DNA from: Clostridium sp. UBA4746
Lineage (GTDB): Bacteria > Bacillota > Clostridia > Clostridiales > Clostridiaceae
Length of the DNA: 43,394 bases
NCBI GenBank assembly: GCA_002403785.1
Contig: DHIM01000338.1
Coordinates: 25,859-69,252 of the forward strand
Direction of reading: 5' to 3'
Below are positions 9,004 to 18,561 of this stretch, in pieces. A program made the position numbers and the translations under genes. Positions within the stretch are counted from its first letter, which is position 1. Every line of letters begins with the position of its first letter. A model generated the notes under the pieces. The model searched no databases. It had not been told where the DNA came from and saw only the letters and a list, made by a program, of their open reading frames with translations.

Positions 9004-10212
9004 ATGAGTAAATTAATTTGTAACCAAGAGAAAGTAAATGAGTCTAATGTTCAAGAATTAATAAAGGTTTGCCCTTTTGGTGCTATTGAATGCATAGATG
9101 GAAAAATTGAAATTAATGCAGGGTGTAAAATGTGTAAGATTTGTGTTAAAAAAGGTCCTGCAGGAGTAATGGAATTTATTGAAACAAATGAAATACAAGT
9201 TGATAAGAGTTTATGGAAGGGTATAGGAGTGTATGTTGATCATGTTGAAGGGGTTATACATCCTGTGACACTTGAACTTATAGGAAAAGCTAGAGAGCTT
9301 GCTGCAGTTGTTAATTTCCCTGTATATTGTGTGTTCATTGGACATGATATAAAGGAAAAAGCGAAAGAACTTCTTAATTATGGAGTAGATGAGGTTTTTG
9401 TATATGACTACCCAGAACTTAAGGATTTTAGAATAGAACCTTATACTGCCGCATTTGAAGATTTTGTAAATAAGGTAAAGCCATCATCCTTACTCGTTGG
9501 AGCTACAACTATTGGTAGATCGCTTGCTCCTAGAGTCGCCGCAAGGTTTAGAACAGGACTCACAGCTGATTGTACAATACTTAAAATGAAAGAAAATACA
9601 GACCTTGTACAGATAAGACCTGCTTTTGGTGGTAACATTATGGCTCAAATAATATGTCCTAATAATAGACCACAGATGTCGACAGTAAGATATAAAGTTA
9701 TGAATGCCCCTGAAAAAATGTGCGAGGCAAAGGGTAAAATTACTATTTGTGAAATGGATAGAGCAAAACTAAAATCAAATATTGAAGTATTAAAAGTAAC
9801 AAAAAAAGAAGTTGAAGAAAATATATCAGATGCAGAGGTAATCATTGCAGTTGGTAGGGCCTTAAAATCAGAAAAAGACATGACGATGATTCAAGAACTT
9901 GCAGATCTTCTTGATGCTCAAATAGCTGGTACAAGACCTACAATTGAAGCTGGTTGGATTGATGCTAAAAAACAAATTGGTCTTTCTGGTAGAACAGTAA
10001 AACCAAAATTAATAATAGCTCTTGGAATTTCTGGTGCAGTTCAGTTTACTGCCGGAATGAATAGTTCGGAGCGTATATTTGCAGTAAATAAAGATGCAAA
10101 TGCTTCTATATTTAATGTAGCTCATTATGGGATAGTAGGAGACATATATGAAATAGTTCCTCAATTAATTGAAAATATTAAAAACTCTGGAGCAGAATAC
10201 TGTGTACGTTAA
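9004..10212 (+). CDS. etfA: Electron transfer flavoprotein alpha subunit with N-terminal [4Fe-4S] domain (LctC-like)
   Basis: N-terminal CPFGAI and CKMCKIC; GLTADCT, RPAFGGN, QIGLSGRTVKP, GISGAVQF. Confidence 0.95.
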   Translation: MSKLICNQEKVNESNVQELIKVCPFGAIECIDGKIEINAGCKMCKICVKKGPAGVMEFIETNEIQVDKSLWKGIGVYVDHVEGVIHPVTLELIGKARELAAVVNFPVYCVFIGHDIKEKAKELLNYGVDEVFVYDYPELKDFRIEPYTAAFEDFVNKVKPSSLLVGATTIGRSLAPRVAARFRTGLTADCTILKMKENTDLVQIRPAFGGNIMAQIICPNNRPQMSTVRYKVMNAPEKMCEAKGKITICEMDRAKLKSNIEVLKVTKKEVEENISDAEVIIAVGRALKSEKDMTMIQELADLLDAQIAGTRPTIEAGWIDAKKQIGLSGRTVKPKLIIALGISGAVQFTAGMNSSERIFAVNKDANASIFNVAHYGIVGDIYEIVPQLIENIKNSGAEYCVR

Positions 10213-10263
10213 CTTTTAGAGAAGTGTTAAAGATGATAAATAAGTAATCGAGGAGGTAATTTT

Positions 10264-11661
10264 ATGAGTTACAAAAAACTTGATGCTAAGGATATAGAGT
10301 TTTTAGTATCTGTATTAGATAAAGATCGGGTATTTACAGGAGACACAATAAATGATGATTTTAGCCATGATGAGATGGGTGGAATCAGCAAAATGCCAGA
10401 CGTATTAGTTGAAGTTCTTACAACTGATGAAGTGTCAAAGATTATGAAATATGCCAATGAAAACATGATTCCTGTCGTAGCAAGAGGTTCAGGAACAGGA
10501 CTAGTTGGAGCATCAGTTCCAATTTACGGCGGCATTATGATAAACATGTCCAAAATGAATAATATACTTGAAATCGATGAAGAAAATTTAACATTAACTC
10601 TTGAACCCGGTGTACTTTTAATGGAGATAAGCAAATATGTTGAAGAGTTTGACTTATTTTATCCACCAGATCCAGGTGAAAAATCTGCTACAATTGCTGG
10701 TAATATCAACACAAATGCAGGTGGAATGAGAGCTGTTAAATACGGAGTTACAAGGGATTATATAAGAGGCCTTGAAGTAGTGCTTCCAAGTGGAGAAATA
10801 CTTAATGTTGGAGGAAAAGTAGTTAAGAATTCTACTGGTTACAGTATAAAGGACTTAATATGTGGATCTGAGGGAACACTCGGAATAGTTACAAAAATAA
10901 TATTAAAACTTATACCACTACCTAAGAAAGCTGTATCACTTTTAATACCTTTTCCTAATCTAGACATGGCAATAGGAACAGTTCCTTTGATAGTTAAATC
11001 AAAGTCAGCTCCAACTGCTATAGAATTTATGCAAAGAGAAGTTATTATTGCTGCAGAAGAGTTCCTAGGAAAAAAATTCCCAGATAATTCCTCAGATGCA
11101 TATTTATTATTGACTTTTGATGGTAATACCATAGAAGAAATAGAAAGAGCTTATGAAAGCGTAGCTAACATCTGCCTTGAACAAGGTGCTCTTGATGTAT
11201 TCATAACTGATACGGATGAGAGAAAAGAAGCTGTTTGGTCTGCAAGAGGAGCTTTTCTTGAAGCTGTTAAAGCAACAACAACTGATATGGATGAATGTGA
11301 TGTTGTTGTTCCAAGAAATAAAGTTGCAGAATTCATTAAGTATACTAACGAACTTCAAAAGGAATTTGATGTAAGAATAAGAAGTTTTGGTCATGCAGGT
11401 GATGGTAATTTACATGTGTATGTATTAAAGGATGAGCTAACTGATGATGCTTGGAAAAAGAAGATTGATGAAGTATTTGAAGCAATGTATAGCAAATCAA
11501 GAGAGCTCAAGGGATTAGTATCCGGAGAACATGGAATTGGTTTTGCGAAAAAAGCATATATGTTAGAACAATTAGGGCCTGTATATGTAGAGCTTATGAA
11601 AAATATAAAATTAGCATTTGATCCTAAAAATATATTGAATCCAGGAAAAGTCTGTCAATAA
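10264..11661 (+). CDS. lctD: FAD-dependent (D-)lactate dehydrogenase, GlcD/LctD family
   Basis: [43 protein letters not shown]; flanked by etf, lactate permease and larA. Confidence 0.88.
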   Translation: MSYKKLDAKDIEFLVSVLDKDRVFTGDTINDDFSHDEMGGISKMPDVLVEVLTTDEVSKIMKYANENMIPVVARGSGTGLVGASVPIYGGIMINMSKMNNILEIDEENLTLTLEPGVLLMEISKYVEEFDLFYPPDPGEKSATIAGNINTNAGGMRAVKYGVTRDYIRGLEVVLPSGEILNVGGKVVKNSTGYSIKDLICGSEGTLGIVTKIILKLIPLPKKAVSLLIPFPNLDMAIGTVPLIVKSKSAPTAIEFMQREVIIAAEEFLGKKFPDNSSDAYLLLTFDGNTIEEIERAYESVANICLEQGALDVFITDTDERKEAVWSARGAFLEAVKATTTDMDECDVVVPRNKVAEFIKYTNELQKEFDVRIRSFGHAGDGNLHVYVLKDELTDDAWKKKIDEVFEAMYSKSRELKGLVSGEHGIGFAKKAYMLEQLGPVYVELMKNIKLAFDPKNILNPGKVCQ

Positions 11662-11671
11662 AGTAGATATA

Positions 11672-11702
11672 ATCGCCAACGTCTTTTATAGATGCTGGCG
11701 AT
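11672..11702 (+). other. Intercistronic stem-loop without U-tail
   Basis: ATCGCCAACGTCT / AGATGCTGGCGAT pair with one mismatch and one G-U. Confidence 0.6.
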
Positions 11703-11771
11703 ATATAATGTTTCTATGTAGTCGATTTCATACTTGTGACTAATCTTACTAAGTAAAGGAGATAATAAAAG

Positions 11772-13295
11772 ATGAACAATTATTTATTATTTTTCATAGC
11801 ACTCATCCCTATTGTATGGCTTATGGTATCTCTGGGCGTATTAAAAATGCCAGGACATAAAACCTGTTCAATTACACTTGTAATTACAATATTGCTTGCA
11901 ATCCTAGTTTGGAAAATGCCAATTAGTCAAGCACTTACAGCAACTCTTGAGGGCGCAGCCATGGCAATATGGCCAATAATTGTTGTAATAATCGCAGCAG
12001 TGTTCACCTACAATCTTTCTATTCATACAAAAAGCATGGATGTAATAAAGGACATGATGACAGGAATAACAACTGATAGGAGAATTCTTGTTTTAATTGT
12101 TGCTTGGGGTTTTGGTGGATTTCTTGAAGCAATTGCGGGTTTTGGTACAGCAGTTGCAATACCTGCAAGTATTTTAGCCGCACTTGGCTTTGATCCTATA
12201 TTTGCAGCAATAATATGTCTTATAGCAAATACAACGCCAACAGCTTTCGGAGCAATAGGATTACCTGTAACAACTCTCGCAAAGGTTGCAGCAATTAATC
12301 CAGTTACTCTAAGTTACGCAGTTGGAATTCAATTATTTGTACTAATTATAGTTCTACCATTAATACTCGTAATGCTCACAGGTAAAAGTGTAAAGGCTAT
12401 AAAGGGGGTTGTGCTAATTTGTATTGCCTCAGGTCTTGCATTTGCAATACCTGAACTTTTAGTAGCAAAATATATTGGGGCTGAACTCCCAGCACTGATA
12501 GGTTCTATAGTTTGTATTATTGTAACAGTTACAATAGCTAAAGTATTTTATAAAAAGACTGCAGCTAAAGATAAAGTTAATATATCTCTAAAACAAGGAA
12601 TAATAGCTTGGATACCTTTTATTTTGATATTAACTTTTATATTAATAACAAGTTCTCTAGTTCCAGCAATTAACAAACCATTATCAATGATACAAACAAA
12701 GCTTCAGATATATACTGGTCCGCATGCAAAAGTTAGTACCTTTGTATGGATAGCTAATCCAGGAACACTTATAATTATTGCAACCTTTATTGGCGGACTT
12801 ATTCAGGGAGCTAAGTTTAGAGAAATAGTAAAGGTATTTACCAATGCTTGTAAACAAATGAGTAAAACAGCGATTACAATACTTGCTATAGTCTCTCTTG
12901 CAAAAGTAATGAGTTATAGTGGAATGATAACATCTATTGCTGTAGTGCTTGTTGCAGCAACAGGTGGATTTTATCCATTATTTGCTCCAATTATAGGTGC
13001 ACTTGGTACATTTGTAACTGGTAGTGATACTTCAGCTAATGTATTGTTTGGACCACTGCAAGTTGAAGTTGCTAAAAATCTTCATATGAGTCCTTATTGG
13101 TTAGCAGCTGCTAATACTGGCGGAGCTACTGCTGGTAAAATGATTTCTCCTCAAAGTATTGCAGTTGCAACAGCAGCTACTGGACTTGTAGGAGCAGAGG
13201 GTAAGATATTAAAGGCAACATTAAAATTCTGCCTTGGGTATGTAGTTATCTTAGGATTAATTACTTACTTCGGAGCAAGATTCTTTACAATGTAG
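11772..13295 (+). CDS. lctP: Lactate permease
   Basis: GFLEAIAGFGT, NTTPTAFGAIG, GTFVTGSDTSAN, GKMISPQS motifs; highly hydrophobic. Confidence 0.95.
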   Translation: MNNYLLFFIALIPIVWLMVSLGVLKMPGHKTCSITLVITILLAILVWKMPISQALTATLEGAAMAIWPIIVVIIAAVFTYNLSIHTKSMDVIKDMMTGITTDRRILVLIVAWGFGGFLEAIAGFGTAVAIPASILAALGFDPIFAAIICLIANTTPTAFGAIGLPVTTLAKVAAINPVTLSYAVGIQLFVLIIVLPLILVMLTGKSVKAIKGVVLICIASGLAFAIPELLVAKYIGAELPALIGSIVCIIVTVTIAKVFYKKTAAKDKVNISLKQGIIAWIPFILILTFILITSSLVPAINKPLSMIQTKLQIYTGPHAKVSTFVWIANPGTLIIIATFIGGLIQGAKFREIVKVFTNACKQMSKTAITILAIVSLAKVMSYSGMITSIAVVLVAATGGFYPLFAPIIGALGTFVTGSDTSANVLFGPLQVEVAKNLHMSPYWLAAANTGGATAGKMISPQSIAVATAATGLVGAEGKILKATLKFCLGYVVILGLITYFGARFFTM

Positions 13296-13307
13296 GAGGT
13301 AATATTT

Positions 13308-14582
13308 ATGACAAAAATAAAAATACCATATTCAAAACAGTTTTTGGAAATTGATATACCAGATAAAAATTTAGCAGCAGTATTAGAATCAAAAGCTCAT
13401 GCATACAAGGTTGAGCTTACTCAGCGGGAGATTGTAAATAAGGCACTTGATAATCCTATTGGAAGTGCAAAATTAGAGGATCTAGTTAAAGGAAAGAAAA
13501 ATTTAGTAATAATAACTAGTGATCATACAAGACCAGTACCAAGTAAAGTAACATTACCAATAATACTTGCAAGAATCAGAAAAGCTAACCCTAAAATTGA
13601 TATAACAATATTAATTGCTACTGGTTTCCATAGACCAACTACAAAAGGGGAAATGATCAATAAGTTCGGCCAGGAAATTGTAGATAATGAAGTGATAATA
13701 AATCATGAATCAGAGGATTATAGTAGTATGGTTCATGTTGGTACCCTTCCCTCAGGTGGAGAACTTTTGCTTAATAAAGTAGCAATGGAAGCTGAACTTT
13801 TAATTTCAGAAGGTTTTATAGAACCACACTTTTTCGCAGGGTTTTCCGGAGGACGCAAAAGTGTCCTACCTGGGGTAGCATCAGCAAAGACAGTTATGGC
13901 AAACCATTGTTCAGAATTTATAGCAAGTGAGTATGCACGGTCTGGAGTTATTGAAAATAACCCAATTCATAGGGATATGTTATACGCTGCGAAGCAAGCT
14001 AAGCTCGCGTTCATACTAAATGTTGTTATTGATAGTGAGAAAAATGTTATAAATGCATTTGCAGGAGATAATGAACTTGCACACGCTAGCGGATGTAAAT
14101 TTGTTATGGAACTTGCATCTGTGAAAGCTGTTAAAGCAGATATCGCAATATCAACTAATGGAGGATATCCATTAGACCAAAACATATATCAGTCTGTAAA
14201 AGGTATGACTGCAGCGGAAGCAACTTGCAAAGATGGCGGAGTTATAATCATGGTGTCTGCTTGTAATGATGGACATGGTGGTCAGTCATTCTATGACAAC
14301 ATAGCAAATGCGAGTAGTCCAAGAGAAGTTCTAGATAGGGTAATTAAAGTTGGAAGAAATGATACAGCACCGGATCAATGGGAATTTCAGATTCTTGCTC
14401 GGATACTCGATAAGTTCACTGTAATTCTTGTTACGGATTTGTGTGATCCTGAAATGATAAAGAAAATGCATATGCAGCATGCATTTACCTTTGAAGAAGC
14501 ACTCGAGAGAGCTTTTAAAATAAAGGGAAATGATGCAACAATATCGGTAATACCAGATGGAGTTTCAGTTATAGTAAGGTAA
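13308..14582 (+). CDS. larA: Nickel-pincer-dependent lactate racemase
   Basis: SDHTRP, ATGFHR, EPHFFAGFSGGRKS, GYPLDQNIYQSVKG motifs. Confidence 0.93.
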   Translation: MTKIKIPYSKQFLEIDIPDKNLAAVLESKAHAYKVELTQREIVNKALDNPIGSAKLEDLVKGKKNLVIITSDHTRPVPSKVTLPIILARIRKANPKIDITILIATGFHRPTTKGEMINKFGQEIVDNEVIINHESEDYSSMVHVGTLPSGGELLLNKVAMEAELLISEGFIEPHFFAGFSGGRKSVLPGVASAKTVMANHCSEFIASEYARSGVIENNPIHRDMLYAAKQAKLAFILNVVIDSEKNVINAFAGDNELAHASGCKFVMELASVKAVKADIAISTNGGYPLDQNIYQSVKGMTAAEATCKDGGVIIMVSACNDGHGGQSFYDNIANASSPREVLDRVIKVGRNDTAPDQWEFQILARILDKFTVILVTDLCDPEMIKKMHMQHAFTFEEALERAFKIKGNDATISVIPDGVSVIVR

Positions 14583-14597
14583 CAATAAAATTAATTT

Positions 14598-14646
14598 AAA
14601 AAATAAAGTGAATGAGAGGGAAAACTCTACTTCACTTTATTTTTTT
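14598..14646 (+). terminator. Intrinsic terminator of the lactate operon
   Basis: AAAAAATAAAGTGAA ... TTCACTTTATTTTTT hairpin with T-tail. Confidence 0.85.
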
Positions 14647-15044
14647 AGTTTAATACATAATGATTAAAGAGTAAATTTTTCAAACTGTTTTATCATGTAA
14701 GCCGCTTATTACTATAATAATAAATAGAGATATAGCAGACAATATAAAAATAGATAATACAAATATAGTGTCGAAAGTAATGGTATTTTTATGATATAAA
14801 TTTCTAAACTTACCATTTTGAATCTGAGTATTATGTTTTTGATAATCTACAAGATCTGTAATGTTTTTTAGTAAGGGTCGTCAAAAATACGCCTACTATA
14901 AGTGTTGCGATTAATGGTATAATTTCAAGATTAGATTTAGTTATTAAAAACTTATGAAATAAAATAGTTATGTTTATTATCTAATACGTTGTGTTTTTGT
15001 TTTTTTAATATAAATTTAGATTAAGTACAAAATATGCCAGTTGA

Positions 15045-15060
15045 TGGCATGGATTTTGCT
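15045..15060 (+). promoter_or_regulatory. sigma54 -24/-12 promoter upstream of the LevR-like regulator
   Basis: TGGCATGGATTTTGCT, GG-N10-GC spacing, 30 bp before the ATG. Confidence 0.75.
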
Positions 15061-15089
15061 GAGATTAATATTAAGGATGGTGAATTATA

Positions 15090-18017
15090 ATGAAGGAAAT
15101 ATCAGAGTTAATAGATAAGGAAGATAAAAAAAATCCTTTAACAGATGAAGAGATTTCTAAAATATTAGGAATAACTAGAGCTGATGTAATTAAGTCAAGA
15201 AATTCATCAAACATAGGAGATTCAAGAGATAGAAGAAAAGATATAATGGAAGCTGAAATGAAAGGTATCATACAAGAATTTCCGTATATATCAGAAAGAG
15301 AGATGACAAGACAGCTTAATGAAGCTGGATTTAAGATATCAAGAAATATAGTATCTAGATATCTTAAGACAATGCAGGAAGAAGTCTCATTTTATCAACA
15401 ACAGAATGAGAAAGATAATGATTTGCTAAGGGAAGAAGAAAATAAAAAAAATGATACAAAGGCTAATTATGCCTTTGATGAATTAATAGGATATAATGGA
15501 AGTTTAAAATCAAAAGTTGAATTATCTAGAGCTGCTATACTTTATCCGCCTAATGGTCTTCATACGTTAATATATGGTCAGACGGGAGTGGGTAAAAGTG
15601 AACTTGCAGAATGTATGTATAAGTTTGCTATTGAATCAGGAGTTAAAGGAAAAGATTGTCCATTCATAGTTTTTAATTGTGCAGATTACGCTGAAAATCC
15701 ACAATTACTTCTTGCTCAATTATTTGGTTATGCAAAAGGGGCTTATACAGGTGCACAGACAAGTAAGGAAGGCATTGTAGAGATGGCGGATAATGGAATA
15801 CTATTTTTAGATGAAATACATAGATTACCACCTGAAGGTCAGGAAATGTTATTTTATCTTATAGATAAAGGTAAATTTAGGAGACTTGGAGAAAGCCACA
15901 GTGACAGAACCGTAAAAATAATGATTATTACAGCTACTACAGAAAATCCAGAATCATCGCTTTTAATTACTTTTAGAAGAAGAATACCAATGCTTATTGA
16001 ATTGCCACCACTTAAAGATAGACCTTATTCTGAAAGATATGAATTAATAAATCAGTTTTTATCAAAGGAAGCATTTAGAATTGATAGAACTATCGTTGTC
16101 AATACAGATGTAGTGAGAGCTTTAATGTTATATGATTGCCCTGGTAACATTGGTCAACTTAGAAGTGATATACAAGTAGCTTGCGCAAGAAGTTTTTTAA
16201 ATTCCATTGTAAGTAAAAAAACAGATGTAACTATTAAGATTTCACATTTACCTAATCATGTAAGGACAGGACTTTTTAAGGTGAATAAAAGAGAGCCAGA
16301 AATAGATCAATTTGTTAATAATGATATTATTGCGAGTCCCAATAATATCAGTAATAAAGTTATAAAGGAAGATAGATTCATACTTCCGGACAATATATAC
16401 CAGTTCATAGAAGAAAGATTTATTGAGTTAGAAAAAGAGGGTTTAACAAAAGATGAAATAAATAAAGTAGTTGGTAAGCAGGTAGAAATTGAGTTAATGA
16501 ACTTCGTCAAAAATGTTGGTACCAAAGATTCAATATCTAAAAAAGAGATTCAAGGAATTGTAGGTGAAAAAATAACAAAAACAGTTGAAAAAGCAATAGA
16601 GCTCGCAAAGGAGCATTTTCATGATATTGAAGAAAATCTTTATTATTCTTTGGCCATACATATAAGTGCAACTTATTCTAGAATAATTAGTGGGAAAAAA
16701 ATAATAAATCCTCAACTAGAAAATATACTAACTGAATATGTTAAGGAATATGAGGTGGCTAAATTGATGGCAGACATAATAAACCAGGATCTAGGAGTGA
16801 TTTTGCCAATCGATGAAATTGGATTTATTGCTATGTATATAAGAACATTTTCAGGAAAAAATCAAATAAGAAAAGGAAGAGTCGGGGTTATTATAATAAC
16901 ACATGGCCATGTTGCAATGGGGATGGCAGATGTTGCAAACAGATTATTAGGTGTTAATCATGCTGTAGGAATAGAAATGTCTCTCGATGAGAGTCCTCAA
17001 TCTGCCCTTGAAAAGACAATTGGAGTTGTAAAAAGTGTTGATGAAGGAAAAGGTTGCATTATCTTAGTTGATATGGGATCACTAATAACCTTTGGTGAAA
17101 TAATTACTAAACAGACTGGAATAACTACAATGGCTGTAGGCCGAGTAGATACTGTTATGGTGCTCGAAGCATTAAGAAGGGCTATTGTTGAAGGTACAAA
17201 TTTAAAAGAAATAGTAGAAGCGGTTGATGGTGACAAGCATTACGTTGGTAGAATTGAGGGTATCAAAGAAATTAGTAAATTGCCGAAGGCAATAATTACT
17301 CTTTGTATAACAGGAGAGGGTACGGCTTTAAAAATCAAAAAATATATTGAAGATGTAGTTCCAGAGACAAAAGAAAAAGCCGATATAATTCCTGTTGGAA
17401 TTATAAAACAAGATGATGTAGAAGAAGAAATAAAAAAACTAGGAGAAAAGAATAATATAATAGCTATTGTAGGTACAATTAATCCAAATGTAGCTGATAT
17501 ACCATTTATATCATTTGAAGAGCTTATAAAAGGGTCTGGAATAAATAGTATAAAGGGTATGTTAGGAATTGCCCTTAAAGCTCCAAATGACCTAGAGAAA
17601 ATTATCAATGAAGATTTGATATTATGTGACTTATTTGCAACATCAAAAAGTGAAGTTATAGATACATTAGTAAACATATTAAGAAATAAAGAATATGTTG
17701 ATGAACAATTTATGCTAAGTGTATATAAGAGAGAGACAATGGGGGCAACTCTTTTACAGAATGAGGTAGGAATACCGCATGGGTTTCCTGAACATGTAAA
17801 TAAATCAAAAATAGCTATTGCAAAGCTTACAGAACCTATTGAATGGGAAAATGGTATGAAGACAGATTTAGTAGTAGTAATTGCTATAAAAGAAAATGAA
17901 AAAAATAATTTATCTAGATTATTTAAGGTGTTTTCTAAGGAAAAAGTAAGAAAACTTATCCGATGCGCAACTACCAGTAAAGAAATATTAAATATTTTAA
18001 TGAACGATACAAATTAA
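15090..18017 (+). CDS. sigma54-dependent PTS-regulated activator (LevR/DagR-like): HTHs, AAA+, PRD, EIIA-Man, EIIB, EIIA
   Basis: GQTGVGKS Walker A, GAYTGA loop, LFLDEIH, PGNIGQL, PRD (LAIH), ITHG, LCITGEG, C-terminal GIPHG. Confidence 0.93.
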   Translation: MKEISELIDKEDKKNPLTDEEISKILGITRADVIKSRNSSNIGDSRDRRKDIMEAEMKGIIQEFPYISEREMTRQLNEAGFKISRNIVSRYLKTMQEEVSFYQQQNEKDNDLLREEENKKNDTKANYAFDELIGYNGSLKSKVELSRAAILYPPNGLHTLIYGQTGVGKSELAECMYKFAIESGVKGKDCPFIVFNCADYAENPQLLLAQLFGYAKGAYTGAQTSKEGIVEMADNGILFLDEIHRLPPEGQEMLFYLIDKGKFRRLGESHSDRTVKIMIITATTENPESSLLITFRRRIPMLIELPPLKDRPYSERYELINQFLSKEAFRIDRTIVVNTDVVRALMLYDCPGNIGQLRSDIQVACARSFLNSIVSKKTDVTIKISHLPNHVRTGLFKVNKREPEIDQFVNNDIIASPNNISNKVIKEDRFILPDNIYQFIEERFIELEKEGLTKDEINKVVGKQVEIELMNFVKNVGTKDSISKKEIQGIVGEKITKTVEKAIELAKEHFHDIEENLYYSLAIHISATYSRIISGKKIINPQLENILTEYVKEYEVAKLMADIINQDLGVILPIDEIGFIAMYIRTFSGKNQIRKGRVGVIIITHGHVAMGMADVANRLLGVNHAVGIEMSLDESPQSALEKTIGVVKSVDEGKGCIILVDMGSLITFGEIITKQTGITTMAVGRVDTVMVLEALRRAIVEGTNLKEIVEAVDGDKHYVGRIEGIKEISKLPKAIITLCITGEGTALKIKKYIEDVVPETKEKADIIPVGIIKQDDVEEEIKKLGEKNNIIAIVGTINPNVADIPFISFEELIKGSGINSIKGMLGIALKAPNDLEKIINEDLILCDLFATSKSEVIDTLVNILRNKEYVDEQFMLSVYKRETMGATLLQNEVGIPHGFPEHVNKSKIAIAKLTEPIEWENGMKTDLVVVIAIKENEKNNLSRLFKVFSKEKVRKLIRCATTSKEILNILMNDTN

Positions 18018-18027
18018 GCCAAAAATT

Positions 18028-18043
18028 TGGCATGGTAGTTGCT
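18028..18043 (+). promoter_or_regulatory. sigma54 -24/-12 promoter of the PTS IIB-IIC genes
   Basis: TGGCATGGTAGTTGCT, GG-N10-GC. Confidence 0.88.
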
Positions 18044-18081
18044 ATAGAGTATTGTATAACATAAAATAAAAGGGGAATGTT

Positions 18082-18138
18082 ATGAAAGCTAAGGACCTTA
18101 TAAAAGATGCATTAATTATAATAAGCTTAATAAATTAA
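18082..18138 (+). pseudogene. 18-codon ORF (MKAKDLIKDALIIISLIN), possible relic of a deleted PTS IIA gene
   Basis: SD AAGGGG then ATG, first position after the sigma54 promoter; peptide resembles the N-terminus of EIIA proteins. Confidence 0.35.
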
Positions 18139-18160
18139 ATAATATGAAAGAGGTGCAGTT

Positions 18161-18451
18161 ATGAGTAAAAGAAAAATCGTTTTAGTGGCATGTGGAGCAG
18201 GTATCGCTACTTCTACAGTAGTATGTGAGAAAGTTGAAAAATTAATAAAAGAAAATGGAATTAATGCCCAGGTGATACAATGTAAGATAGGAGAAGTTGC
18301 ATCAAGAGAAAATGAGGCAGATTTGATTATATCCACTACAATATTACCAAAAAAATATTCTATACCTGCAATTAAAGCTGTGGGATATATAAGTGGTATT
18401 GGTATGGCGAAATTAGACGAAGAAATAATTAGAATCCTGAAGGAAGAATAG
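18161..18451 (+). CDS. PTS galactitol-family IIB component
   Basis: LVACGAGIATS phosphorylation loop; 96 aa. Confidence 0.93.
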   Translation: MSKRKIVLVACGAGIATSTVVCEKVEKLIKENGINAQVIQCKIGEVASRENEADLIISTTILPKKYSIPAIKAVGYISGIGMAKLDEEIIRILKEE

Positions 18452-18489
18452 GTGAAATATTACATGGCCGGTAATCCCTTTACTGGCAT

Positions 18490-18505
18490 ATGTAAACGAT
18501 ATAAT
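18490..18505. promoter_or_regulatory. Possible CcpA cre site
   Basis: ATGTAAACGATATAAT, one mismatch to WTGWAAACGWTWWCAW. Confidence 0.4.
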
Positions 18506-18561
18506 TATATATACTTATTTTCAAATTACTTACAAAATAAAATTTAAGGGGGATATTATTA

